A stretch of DNA of 64,000 nucleotides from Octopus sinensis (Eukaryota). The position numbers and the translations under genes were made by a program. Position 1 is the first letter of the stretch, and each line of letters begins with the position of its first letter. The DNA lies in NCBI RefSeq assembly GCF_006345805.1, contig NC_043001.1, forward strand, positions 123,876,001-123,940,000, in the 5' to 3' direction. Positions 38,871-52,020 of this stretch are shown in pieces. The notes beneath the pieces were generated by a model. It was not told the origin of the DNA and did no database searches. It saw only the letters and a list, made by a program, of their open reading frames with translations.

Positions 38871-40077
38871 GAGGGGCGTTCAATAAGTAATGCCTCTGAC
38901 CCACTTGCCGTTGATTGATCTAGCTGAGATTTTGCATGTGTAATTATTTATATCTCTATAGATTAAGTGGCAAATTACAGCTCCGAACTAATAGTGGTTT
39001 CTGATTTACATGTGTTTGAAATGAGTCAAGTGGGAAATGGAGCCTGTTGAGTGTCGAGAAGTGATCCGGTTTTTGTATTTGAAATGACGCACACCACAGG
39101 AGACTTTTGATGAAATGAAAATAACTTATGGTGATGATGCCCCATCATATGACCTTGTAAAACGCTGGCATCGTGAATTCAAACATGGTCGGAACTCTGT
39201 GGAAATAGCTCCCAGATCTGGTCGCACCCCTTCTGCCATTGATGAGGCATATGTCCGTCAAGTTGAGGCTGCCATTTTGGAAGATGGACGCATAACTATT
39301 CGCCAAATAGCCCATGAGGTCAAGATTAGTACCGGGTCTGTGGAAACTATCATTCATGAAGCAAGACGCGTCGAGTGCTCGAGGATGAATTTAGGGATGT
39401 GCCAAGAAGATGAGTCAAAATTTTTCAAAAGACTGATTACACAGGATGAGACCTGGGTCCTTCACCATGATCCAGAGACCAAAGCCCAGTCAATGCAGTG
39501 GAAGCACCATGCCTCACTTCCTCCAAAGAAGGCAAGAGTGCAGCCCTCCGCTGGCAAGGTCATGCTCACAGTCTTCTGGGACCAGGACGGAGTAGTGATG
39601 ACAGATTTCCTGGCAAAGGGTACCACAATTACAGGAGCCTATCATGCTTCACTGTTGAGGAAATTAAGAGAAGCTATCAAAACCAAGAGGCGGGGCAAGA
39701 TCAGCAAAGGCATCCTCCTCCTGCAGGACAACGCTCCGGTCCACAACTCGCGTGTCGCCAGATCAGAACACTTCCCCCATCCCCCTACTCTCCTGACATT
39801 GCACCCTCAAATTTTCACCTCTTCCCAGCCATGAAGTTGTTTTTGAAAGGAAAGCGTTTCCCAGATGATGCAGCCTTGGTTTCTGAAGTCACGTCGTGGC
39901 TGGAGGACCAAGCTGGGGTCTTCTATGAAAACGGTCTCCAGAGCTGTATCAAACGATGGGAGCAATGCGTAACTCTGGGTTGTTCCTATGCTGAAAAGGA
40001 CTAATACCTGTGCCAAGTTTCGTTGCTCTACTGCTATGGGAAGTGGGTCAGGGGCATTATTTATTGAACGCCCCTCG
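38870..40077 (+). mobile_element. mariner (DD34D) element, defective copy 1
   Basis: TIRs CGAGGGGCGTTCAATAA, TA TSD; ITQDETW, QDNAP and YSPD motifs; early TGA and two internal deletions. Confidence 0.95.
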
Positions 40078-40097
40078 TATGTATGTATGTATGTATG

Positions 40098-40128
<31 letters not shown>

Positions 40129-40291
40129 TGGATGGATGGATGGATGGATGCATACATGCATGTATGTGTGTGTCTGTGTGTAAAAGTGTAAAACCCAACT
40201 TCGGTCACAAATGACAATGGGATAGCATCTACAACATCCCCTCTGTGGCACAAGTCTGGGCAAGGACGTTTATGGAAGAGCAGCAGTCAAC

Positions 40292-40343
40292 TATGCATAC
40301 CAGCATTGCCTTTCCACGTGGAAAGGCAATGCTGGTATGCATA
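40292..40343. repeat. Perfect spacerless 52-bp palindrome
   Basis: TATGCATACCAGCATTGCCTTTCCAC|GTGGAAAGGCAATGCTGGTATGCATA. Confidence 0.97.
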
Positions 40344-40473
40344 TATATATATATAAACTTACTTGGAGAAGAGAAATAACGCGTGAGTTCGGTCTTATAA
40401 ATAAAATATATGCATATATACATACATAAATGTACATACTTACATCTACATGTATATATACATGCATATATAT

Positions 40474-40548
<75 letters not shown>

Positions 40549-41091
40549 GAGTACAGGACACCACAAATAAACGTAGAACACAACAAGAAACGAAAACATA
40601 AATCAAACAAAGAAATTGACTTTTTTTAACAACGAAAAAACAAGGAAACGGACTTTCTTAAAACAACGAATAAACAGAGTACAGCACAAACAATACAAGG
40701 AAAATTCCCCTTCATCAGCTGCCCCTGGTTCGACTTAATGCGTGTTTCGAAGGTAAGGGCAGAACACGGCCAGCCCGCAGAAGTCCTTCCTGTAAAAGGA
40801 ATTAAGTAACATTCTTTTGCAGAGGGGTAAAACAAGTGACAAGAACAGGACGTAAAAGCAATACAAATGAAGAACAAACAGTAGAAAAAACAGTAGAAAA
40901 AACAGTACAAATGAAGAAACAGGACAGGGAACCAACAATAAGGGCTTTTTTTGCCTAGACGATGGAAAAATTAGTTAGAACGCATGTGAAAAATCGGCTT
41001 GCGAAGGACAGGGAAGTCGATCCATACTTGTTGAAGCACGAATCTGAAAGAAAGTTTTAATGGCCCTCTGGTCAGGAGGAGGAGGATATAA

Positions 41092-41122
<31 letters not shown>

Positions 41123-42229
41123 TATATAATTAGATACATACATGCAAACATATACATACATAAATGTACATACTTACATCTACATGTATATATACATGCA
41201 TATATATATATATATGTATATAATTAGATACATACATGCAAACATATATACATATATACATTCATACAAATATACATACATACATACACACATACATACA
41301 TACATACATACATACATACATACATACATACATACATACATACATACATAAATACATACATACATACATGCATACATACATGCGTTCATACAAGATTACT
41401 TTCCTTCTAAGCTAGGAACAGCAACTTTATCCTTTAGTGAAGAATTCAGAAAATGAAAACAAAAAAGAAACAAAAAGCCAATACGAGGACACAAGCATAT
41501 TCATACATACACACACACTCACACTCTCACACACATATATATATTTAAATAAACGCCTACAACCACATATATATATATATATATATGCAAACAGTCACAC
41601 CAATATATAACCAGAGTAATAAAGTGAAATGAAGTCCAATTCTCACCAAAAGAAATATTTTATACGTAGTATAATCAATCAACGTTTAGTTATCAACATA
41701 GGATATCAACATGTCTGCCAACAATAGACATACATAACCAAAAGAAACGTCTGACTCATTACACTTAACTGTCTGATAGAATTTATAACCTCTCTCTCTC
41801 TCTTTCCATCATCGCCTTCAGTGCGCTCTCTTTCACGTTCTCTCTTGATAGTGCGGCTTTCTAAAGTTTGTGTTCTAATTTACTTCACTGAATTGATGAG
41901 GGATTTGCCAAAGTACGATTCACTTAGACACAAAAAAAAATCTGTATTTTTACTTTTCTTTCATTTTGTTTTTAATTTTTTTATACCAGTTTTTTTTAAA
42001 TTTTTTATCAAATGCCATCCGATATCGAAATTAATCTCAGAAGAGTAAATATATATTGTGCAAGCACGTGCGCGTGTGTGCATGTGTGCGTGTATGCACT
42101 TTATGTATGTATGGTATGTATGTATGTATGTATGTGCGTGTATATATAACTACATACGCTCACATATATAAATGTATATGTACACACAGAGGCATACATA
42201 CAGACATACATGCAAATACATTCCTAGAC

Positions 42230-42390
42230 ATGAGCGCAGTATCGGGTTTACAATCATGAGGTAGTAAGTTCGATTCCCAATGTGTGTGTTGGGTTCTTGA
42301 GCAAGACACCTTAGTTCACATTGCTCCAGTTCACTTAGCTGTTGACATGAGTTGCGACGTCACTGTTACCAAACTATATCGATGCCAACC
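42230..42390 (+). mobile_element. Degraded SINE D-like head and central region
   Basis: AAGTTCGATTCCC...TCTTGAGCAAGACACC...GCTCCAGTTCAC. Confidence 0.65.
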
Positions 42391-42399
42391 TTTCCCTTG

Positions 42400-43290
42400 A
42401 ATTCTAGGTATTACTCTATTATCAATTCACATACGGTTAGGATTGGTTTTTCTAACAAAAATCTCTTACAAATTATCTCTTCACATAATAACAACCTGAT
42501 AAATATTAATACATTTACTAAAACTAACATTAATTTAGTTAATACCTCTAGAAATAATTATAACAAGGTTATTGTATCTTAAGTCAATTCCAACAGAATT
42601 AAGTTAATGTCAAGTAACTCTAAAATTAAAAATTCTATATACCAGTGTAAAATCAGTACTCAGAATAAAGTACGATTCTACATTGGAAGCACGTCGATAC
42701 AGTTAACATGACGAATTTCTATCCATTACTCAACATTTAGGGATAGGAATAAACGTAACAGTGCAGGGCTCAAAAGATTAATTTGGGATCTATGAACAAT
42801 TTGATTTAGAATGGTTGATTCTGTCAATCTCGATACCTTATGACAAAGGCAATGAATTCTGTCTTCTCTGTAATGCTGAACTATTTTCCATTATTTTTTC
42901 TAAAAAAAATCCCCTAGTAAACACAGTTATAGAGCATGCATACCGATGTAAACATTGGCAAAAACACACCATTAGTTCATGTAAGTAATCTCGATCATCA
43001 TATATAATTTAAACATTAATTTTCTTTTTATATTTAACATTCACTAAAAAATATTCCTCCTCTTTCTATAGGCTACTTCTGACGTTACATCATATAACGT
43101 TTTTTCAGACAATATTAATAGCGTTCAGTAAATCACTATACATATCCATCATTTTCTGTTAGAATGTCTTATTGACGAGTTCCATTTCTTCACTTCCCTG
43201 AAGAGAAGATTATGTTGTTTTACACCATTTATTCCTTTGGAATAATATCAGTGAAATCTTCGAAACATGTGTCGGAAGTAAAAGTATTTG
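42400..43290 (+). pseudogene. Penelope-like element 3' end (GIY-YIG remnant and pseudo-LTR)
   Basis: NSIYQC..FYIGST, IWDL, EWLIL..PYDKGNEFCLLCNAE and RCKHWQK, followed by a hammerhead motif. Confidence 0.85.
43192..43279 (+). ncRNA. Type I hammerhead ribozyme (intact core)
   Basis: Stem I ACTTCC/GGAAGT, CTGAAGA, stem II GAAGATT/AATCTTC, GAAA, stem III C-ATGT-G, GTC cleavage triplet (predicted cut after 43273). Confidence 0.85.
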
Positions 43291-43539
43291 AATCATACTT
43301 GCGTTAAACTCCATTTATATACATATATATATAAATGAATGCATGTATGTATATATAATAAGATGAGAAAACAGAGAGGTAATTAATAAATTATTATTTA
43401 TTAATTAAAACTTGACAAACATCCCTTAGGAACTGAAAACCTATTTTGTAATTCTTTAACTACCTCTGAAGAGATTCAACTTTCAAATAAATATTTGAAC
43501 ATCATAGCCTAGAATATTACTAGGCTTACGAAAAATTAG

Positions 43540-43830
43540 TACTGGGGTCGATTTGTTAGACTAAAAACGGTGCTCCAGCATAGCCGCAGTCAAATGTCTG
43601 AAACAAATAAAAGGATAAAAGAATAAAATAATATATATATGGTATACGTATGTATGTATACATATATGTTGTGTGTCTTTGTGTCTGTGTTTTTCACCCT
43701 CATCCCTGTTTTAGACAACCGGCTTAAGAATATTAGGCTTAAGAAGTCCTCGTGTCGATTTCTTTGACTAAAACTCTCTAAAGGTCGTACTCCAGCATGG
43801 TCAAAGTCAAATGACTGAAACAAGTAAAAA
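43540..43830 (+). mobile_element. Two 5'-truncated SINE A tail fragments
   Basis: CTCCAGCAT(A/G)G(C/T)C..AGTCAAATG(T/A)CTGAAACAA occurs near 43570 and 43790. Confidence 0.7.
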
Positions 43831-43884
43831 TATGTGTGTGTGTATGTGTGCGTTTGTGTGTGTATGTACCTATGTATACATATA

Positions 43885-44056
43885 TGGGCGCTGGCGTGGT
43901 AAGTAGCTTGCTAACCAACCACATGGTTCCGGGTTCAGTCCCACTGCGTGGCATCTTGGGCAAGTGTCTTCTGCTATAGCCTCGGGCCGACCAAAAGCCT
44001 TGTGAGTGGATTTGGTAGACGGAAACTGAAAGAAGCCTGTCGTATATATATATATA

Positions 44057-44142
<86 letters not shown>

Positions 44143-44358
44143 ATATGTATGTATGTGTGAGTATATGTTTGTGGGTGGGTGTTTGTCCCTCTAGCATTGC
44201 TTGACAACCGATGCTGGTGTGTTTACGTCCCCGTCACTTAGCGGTTCGGCAAAAGAGACCAATAGAATAAGTACTGGGCTTATCGATTTGCTCGACTATA
44301 GGCGGTACTCCAGCATGGCCGCAGTCAAATGACTGAAACAAGTAAAAGAGTAAAGAGT
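43885..44358 (+). mobile_element. SINE family A, near full length, with internal (TA)n
   Basis: GGCGTGGTAAGTAGCTTGCTAACC, B box GGTTCAGTCCC, ~100-bp TA linker, tail GACTGAAACAAGTAAAAGAGTA. Confidence 0.92.
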
Positions 44359-44370
44359 ATATGTATGTTA

Positions 44371-45665
44371 CGAGGGGCGTTCAATAAGTAATGCCTCTGA
44401 CCCACTTGCCGTTGATTGATCTAGCTGAGATTTTGCATGTGTAATTATTTATATCTCTATAGATTAAGTGGCAATTACGCTCCGAACTAATAGTGGTTTC
44501 TGATTTACATGTATTTGAAATGAGTCAAGTGGGAAATGGAGCCTGTTGAGTGTCGAGAAGTGATCCGGTTTTTGTATTTGAAATGACGCACACCACAGGA
44601 GACTTTTGATGAAATGAAAATAACTTATGGTGATGATGCCCCATCATATGACCTTGTAAAACGCTGGCATCGTGAATTCAAACATGGTCGGAACTCTGTG
44701 GAAATAGCTCCCAGATCTGGTCGCACCCCTTCTACCATTGATGAGGCATCTGTCCGTCAAGTTGAGGCTGCCATTTTGGAAGATGGACGCATAACTATTC
44801 GCCAAATAGCCCATGAGGTCAAGATTAGTACCGGGTCTGTGGAAACTATCATTCATGACCATTTGCATATGCAAAAGGTGTCTGCCAGAGGGATTCCCAG
44901 GTTGCTCACACTTTTTCCTGAAGCAAGAACGCGTCGAGTGCTCGAGGATGAATTTAGGGATGTGCCAAGAAGATGAGTCAAAATTTTTCAAAAGACAAAA
45001 TGATTACACAGGATGAGACCTGGGTCCTTCACCATGATCCAGAGACCAAAGCCCAGTCAATGCAGTGGAAGCACCATGACTTACCTCCTCCAAAGAAGGC
45101 AAGGGTGCAGCCCTCCGCTGGCAAGGTCATACTCACAGTCTTCTGGGACCAGGACGGAGTAGTGATGACAGATTTCCTGGCAAAGGGTACCACAATTACA
45201 GGAGCCTATCATGCTTCACTTTTGAGGAAATTAAGAGAAGCTATCAAAACCAAGAGGCGGGGCAAGATCAGCAAAGGCATCCTCCTCCTGCAGGACAACG
45301 CTCCGGTCCACAACTCGCGTGTCGCCAGATCAGAAGCACAGGCGTGCGGCTATGAACACTTCCCCCATCCCCCTACTCTCCTGACATTGCACACTCTGAT
45401 TTTCACCTCTTCCCAGCCATGAAGTTGTTTTTGAAAGGAAAGCGTTTCCCAGACGATGCAGCCTTGATTTCTGAAGTAACGTCGTGGTTGGAGGATCAAG
45501 CTGGGGTCTTCTATGAAAACGGTCTCCAGAGCTGTATCAAACGATGGGAGAAATGCGTAACTCTGGGTTGTTCCTATGCTGAAAAAGACTAATACCTGTG
45601 CCAAGTTTCGTTGCTCTACTTCTATGGGAAGTGGGTCAGGGGCATTACTTATTGAACGCCCCTCG
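44371..45665 (+). mobile_element. mariner (DD34D) element, defective copy 2, 1295 bp
   Basis: Same TIRs, TA TSD at 44369-44370 and 45666-45667; transposase broken by a stop and frameshifts. Confidence 0.95.
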
Positions 45666-45994
45666 TACATCAGATCTCTCTTAGTGCTACTTGCGTCATG
45701 TAACCCGTTACAATTGGTCACGTAGTTTTTTCACAACCACTGGAATTTCAGTCTTCCTCAGCACACTAACTTGAGAGTACATGCTTCTAGGATTTTAGAT
45801 TGAATTCTGCACAGGAACTTTTTACCTTATCAAGACCTTAATACTACACATACATACATGAACATACACATGACGTACACGCACACACATATGTATGCAT
45901 TTCTGCATGTGTATAGACCCATGGGGTTAATACGTTTGCTGTGTCTATAGCTTTTGTTGTATAGTAGTGTTAGTAGCATAAGTAGCAGCAGCAG

Positions 45995-46015
45995 CAGCAG
46001 TAGTAGTAGTAGTTA

Positions 46016-46069
<54 letters not shown>

Positions 46070-46075
46070 AAGTAG
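45995..46075. repeat. (AGT)n microsatellite
   Basis: Run of AGT units preceded by (AGC)n. Confidence 0.95.
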
Positions 46076-46544
46076 TTGTTGTTGTAGTAAGCACGTACCT
46101 TAGTGATTAAGTTGTTCTTATGGAAGTAAGCTCAAGGTCCCAATACGGGACTGGGAGCTGGTGTGCTATGTCCTTGTCACACACAATTGCACGTTATTTA
46201 CAACTGTAAATAAGCACCACCCGGTTGCTATTGCAATTCTCTCTGTCTGTTTTTCTTACTTTCTTTCATTCTTTCTTTCTTTCTTTCTTTCTGTCACTCT
46301 CTCTTCTCTCCCTCTCATCTCACTCCTTGCTCATTCCTCTCTCGCACTCGCTTTCTCTTTCCAGTAAAGAGCATAAGTAGAAATGGAGGAAAATACCGAA
46401 ATGATGTATATAAAATATATATTGTTTTAAAGTAATAGATTTATGAAAGATGTCCTTTTAGCTTCACAATACTTACACACATCGTCAGTATCGTATCCTT
46501 GGATGGTTATAACCGTACATCCTCATCTAAATGACCAGATTTGG

Positions 46545-46865
46545 TTTGGTCTATTCCTGGATGACCGTCGGTTACGACGAGTGTCCCAGATGATTCGGTC
46601 GACGGAACAACCTGCTCGTGTAATTAACGTGCAAGTGGGTAACTACGCCAGAGACATGTGTGCCTTTAACGTAGTTTCAGAGTCACACAGAATGTGACAA
46701 CTCTAGCCCCTTTGAATTACTGATACAACTCATATTTTCCAGCCGAATGGATCAGAGTAACGTAAAATATATTGGCTTGCTCAAGGACACATTGCACTGC
46801 CTAGAATCGCACTCAGGACTTTACAATCGTGAGCTGAATACCTTAGCCACTAAACCACATAACTT
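46545..46865 (-). mobile_element. Degraded SINE family D
   Basis: CCGTCGGTTACGACGAG tail, TTGCTCAAGGACAC central block and TAGCCACTAAACCAC head on the minus strand. Confidence 0.75.
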
Positions 46866-47421
46866 CACTAAACAACATTCCAGTGATCCACCGATTACTC
46901 CTTTTAGCCAGATCTGGCTGTATGCTTTGACAATAGTTTCTGTGTTTTTCCTGTTGGCTCTACGTCTGTTCCTTTCTTTAGTGCCTGGGATTCCATCAAC
47001 CATACCAGGGTACGATTTGTCAATACTTTCCTTGAATAAACTACCACTCCAGTTATGGATTCTATAAAATCGAGCACATCATCTATCTCTAAATTATATG
47101 TTCCTTTGTGTCTATACTAAATATCATTTTGAAAACCTATTGGCTTCATTTTATCTGGCTCTAAGTCGGTAACCATGTGATGCCTCAAACATTAATCTAT
47201 TAAAAAGAACGAATTGGTCTCCCAGCTGCTGTTAAAGATGACGATGCAAAGTAGCATAATTAATAAGAAAGACAGAAACAACACAAACACAAACAATATA
47301 TATTATACATGCATACACATTCATACACACATATACACATTTACGTATCATAGCGTATGCTCTGTAGCTGTATACCTAAACTGATATATATAGTGTATGT
47401 ATATATATATATATATATATA

Positions 47422-47457
<36 letters not shown>

Positions 47458-47480
47458 TATATGTATGTATAAATATATAC

Positions 47481-47520
<40 letters not shown>

Positions 47521-47701
47521 CTTTGTATGTATGTATGTATTGTAAATATGTATAGATATGCGTGTGTTGATGTATGTATTTGTATATTTATGTAGAATAC
47601 TTAATTCGCAGATGCAATATATGCATATACATGTGTGTGTACGTATATATCTACACACAGACACACATAGACACACCTATGTGTATGTGTGTGTACATGT
47701 A

Positions 47702-47740
<39 letters not shown>

Positions 47741-48187
47741 ATATATATATATATATATATAATATATATATATAATATATATTATATGTAAATATATATA
47801 TATATATATATATGTAAATATATTATATATATATATATATATATACATTATATATATATGCATATGCATATATATGTATTTGTGTGTGTGTATATATATA
47901 AAGTGAGAGGGAGAGAGAGAGAGGGAAGGAGAAGAGAAAAGAGAGAGAAGAAAAGAAAGAGGAAGAAAGAGGGAAAATATCATTGCAATTCTGTATATAT
48001 AAAATTCTCTTGATTCATTTTGCTCAATCGAGATATTTGCTACGTCAATTATTTCTAGAATTTGTTTACGATTCTATTGTAAATTCTGTTCACATTATTA
48101 TAGTTCAATAATCGCAATGGTAATTAAAATTTTAATTTAAATTTTGGCGGCACGTTGTTTGATTTGTTTTGTAATTGGATTTACTCC

Positions 48188-48225
<38 letters not shown>

Positions 48226-48268
48226 TGTGTTTGTGCTTGTAAGTATGTAAGAATGAAATGTACAAACG

Positions 48269-48305
<37 letters not shown>

Positions 48306-48316
48306 GTATGTATATG

Positions 48317-48356
<40 letters not shown>

Positions 48357-48399
48357 TACATGTATATACATATATACATACATATACATTTACACACAC

Positions 48400-48471
<72 letters not shown>

Positions 48472-48500
48472 CAATATTATGTGAATAGAGTCGGTGAGAA

Positions 48501-48541
<41 letters not shown>

Positions 48542-48872
48542 TAAAGAGATAGATTGAAAAATAGATATACAGACAGATAAATTAGCAGCTGGTTAGCTTG
48601 ATAAGTAGATAATATATGAAATGGAAAACGATTATGTGTTTCATCGTATCACTGTCACTGAACTACGTCGAATATCTGAAGAATAATCAACTACTCTCTA
48701 GGCTAACGTAACTCTAGAAACTTCAAATGATTGTATTGCATCTACCAACCAAGTAATATCAATGTCAGCGTGTCTTTTTCGAATAAAATGACTTTCTAAG
48801 CATTTTAGAAGCAATGTCAACCTTGAAAATATATCTAACTCGCTTAATCAATTATTCGGTCTGTATACGAGA

Positions 48873-49664
48873 TTATCGTATTCCCAGCCTCAAAATAGAC
48901 ATATCTGATATAGTTCCGTTTTGTCTATGGAAATGTATCTTTCTCAATTCCCGTTTCAGCGTTTTCATTCCAGAAGCACTACACATTCCCAAACAAAGCT
49001 CGGCTCCTTTCTTCCGAAGAATATCATCACAAAGGGACACAAATGAATATTCGGTCCTTATATCATTAAACAGTCGTTTAGTAGTTTCAGCCATCTGATT
49101 ATCTACTAAATTTTTATCAGCTTGTAGTAAAATTGAGAAATTCTCAGTATACAAATAAAAGACTCGACTGACATTTAATTCATTCCATAAAGTAAGCGTT
49201 ACTATTTTAGTTCTTCTTCCAAATATATAATTGTGAATGTATAATTTCCTCAGAATATATTTGAGATTTGATGTATTGTTTTCATGGGTCACATGGAACT
49301 GAATAATTAACAAGAATGTGTTAAAAGTAATCAACATATACTATCCATTTAGCTACGTTTAAAGTCATGACTAACTGTGATTTCAGATTCTTTTATGTCT
49401 CATCCTCAAAATTTACCAAGCATACATTCCCATTTTAGGGAATATTTCAATAGCTGAAAGTATCCACTTATCCTTTCCGTTGTTCATTTTGGCTGACAGT
49501 ATTATACATTGCATTGTAGTTTCCTTCACATGTAAACTCAAATAAAGAAAGGCTTGATAATGTTTTATTGAAACCTTCGTTTAAAAACTTTAAAACATTC
49601 TGGGTCTCTCTCGATTTTTCTCCACAAATATTGCTTGCTTTTACAATGCATACTAGCACTCTTA
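48873..49664 (-). other. Candidate two-exon coding segment (49664 or 49652 to 49473; 49120 to 48873), product unknown
   Basis: Two adjacent high-complexity open frames joined by a phase-1 intron; donor reads AAG|GATAAGT; no recognisable domain. Confidence 0.25.
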
Positions 49665-51019
49665 CTAGCACATCAATGATAAATCAAAATGTTGATTGCG
49701 AATTTGTGTTTGCGTAGCAATAAAACCCCCACAAATCTGCATTTACATCAAACGTTTGTCGACTCTACGAGCACGTAAAATAGCTTTTCATTTGTGTTTG
49801 GTAGATCAAAATAATAATATTAGATACAAGTTTTCAAACAACGTTTTACTTAAAATTATAAACTTGACAAGTTAAATCAATTTAACTATTTCCTCATTGA
49901 AACTCAAAAAATAAAACTTCCATAACTATAGTATCAAATATGATCCATCATGTAAATTGACCGTTAAAACACAGTATAACGATTCTGATATCGTAAACCC
50001 GCTGGCTAGTTGCGAAATCAGTGACAGGAATAACACTGAAATCGTATATATATATAGTGACAGCGAGATGTGTTTAGTTTGTGGTCACCAGAAGCCCATT
50101 GGGGACGAAGTCCAGTGCACACAAATTAAGAGATCCTGATCTACTATGATATATATGTATGCTTTTATACTCCACCGCAATATCCAGCCTTCTAACAAAA
50201 CATACTCGTGAATTTGGATATAAAGATTGCCTTTTTGTACTAATACTGCTTCAATCACTAATAATCATTTTACTATTTATTCCAGAAAAAGAAAAGAATC
50301 TTGTTTCACAATAATTGTTAATCGCAATCGAAATATGATTTGACACTTTAAGAAATTAAACAAATTACTATCGAAATGGTTTTCAGAATTCTGATTATAA
50401 TCTATACATTTCCCACCTGTAATGTCGATATTATCACTTCACACCTGAACCAATTTAATCCTAAAAACACTTTCCCGTATATAAAAAGAAGACAATTCAG
50501 GTTTTAAAGGTTAAATAATAGACTAAAACAAGTATTAGAAGTATGATTATAACACTTTATAAAAGAAACTAACTACTTACTTTCTGCTAATATTTATAAT
50601 GCATACAAACCGAATATCAAATAATAAGAGTATTCTATATTTTACATATTATTCAAGTGCTGTAAACAAATATGAAATAGCCGTTTTATCGTTTTCGAAA
50701 ATTACTAATCATCAAAATGTTTTTTTTTCTTTTACCTGTTGATACTTCAATATTTTCTAATTATCCTTCATATTCTTGAGTATGTTCTGTGTAGTCACTT
50801 GGCATAAAGTGTTTCAATACTATAATTTCCTATTCTTTTTATAGAAAATGTGTGCGATATATTTACATACATATATGTATTTATGTATTTATGTATGTAT
50901 GTATGCATGCAGAAATTAATTAAACGGATATGTATTTATGTATTGAGCTATTTCTTCTATCAAGCTTATACATAGACGTACATATACATATTTACACACA
51001 CACATGCATATACATATCC

Positions 51020-51230
51020 ACATACATACGTACATACATACATACATACATACATACATACATACATACATACATACATACATGCATGCATGCATACATA
51101 CGTACATACATACATACATACATACATACATACATACCTACATACATACATACATACATACATACATGCATGCATGCATACATACGTACATACATACATA
51201 CATACATACATACATACATACATACATACA

Positions 51231-51260
<30 letters not shown>
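51020..51260. repeat. (TACA)n tetranucleotide tract with repeated interruptions
   Basis: About 240 bp; the TGCATGCATGCA..CGTACA block recurs. Confidence 0.95.
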
Positions 51261-51261
<1 letters not shown>

Positions 51262-51659
51262 GCACACATATATACAAACACGCAACAAGAAATACTCATA
51301 TATTCGAAAGATTAGCTATAAAATAGATATATCTATAAAATTAACGATTCGAATCGCAAATTATATTTACAACACGCAGCCATAATTGTTACATATAATA
51401 ATGATCAACCTAGCACCGCCAACAAGGTACATAGCAGCCATTTTAATGTTTCTATGACATTGTCTTTACGCTGATAGTATGTGTGTGCGTGCGTGTGTGT
51501 GTATCTGCAATGTTCGGCTTCGGTGAACATTTCAGTGATGTAGAGTCGTGCTGATCTGATATTAAACACAAACACTCCCACACACACTCACATAAACACA
51601 CTCACACACACGCGCCCATACACACACACTCACACACAAACAAACATATTCGTATATAA

Positions 51660-51851
51660 ATACTCTTTACTCTTTTACTTGTTTCGATCATTTGACTGCG
51701 GCCATGCTGGAGCCCCGCCTTTAGTTGAGCAAATCGACCCCGGGACTTATTCTATCGGTCTCTTTTTTGCCGAACCGCTAAGTGACGGAGACGTAAACCC
51801 ACCAGCATCGGTTGTCAAGCAATGCTAGGTGGACAAGCACAGACACACAAG

Positions 51852-51880
<29 letters not shown>
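51660..51880 (-). mobile_element. SINE family A, 3' half (5' half at 53380-53553)
   Basis: Family A tail and body ending at the CA/TA linker. Confidence 0.85.
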
Positions 51881-51883
<3 letters not shown>

Positions 51884-51920
51884 AATGAAAGAATGGAGTC
51901 GAACGACGATTTAACAAAAT

Positions 51921-52020
51921 TCCTTTATTCTCGACATACGTTTCGAAGACTGCATATTCTTAATTCCGAAGGAATAAAGGGTGCATTATGCCGCCTTCTC
52001 ATCAGGAAAGACAAGGAACT
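51921..52020 (-). ncRNA. Type I hammerhead ribozyme (left arm)
   Basis: CTTTC-CTGATGA-GAAGGCGGCATA...TATGCAGTCTTC-GAAA-C-GTAT-GTC-GAGA on the minus strand. Confidence 0.82.

Noticed and set aside
40700-40770. Minus-strand GAAAC...GTC...CTGATGA resembling a type II hammerhead
   Set aside because: Stem I cannot pair (G faces G) and stem II is weak.
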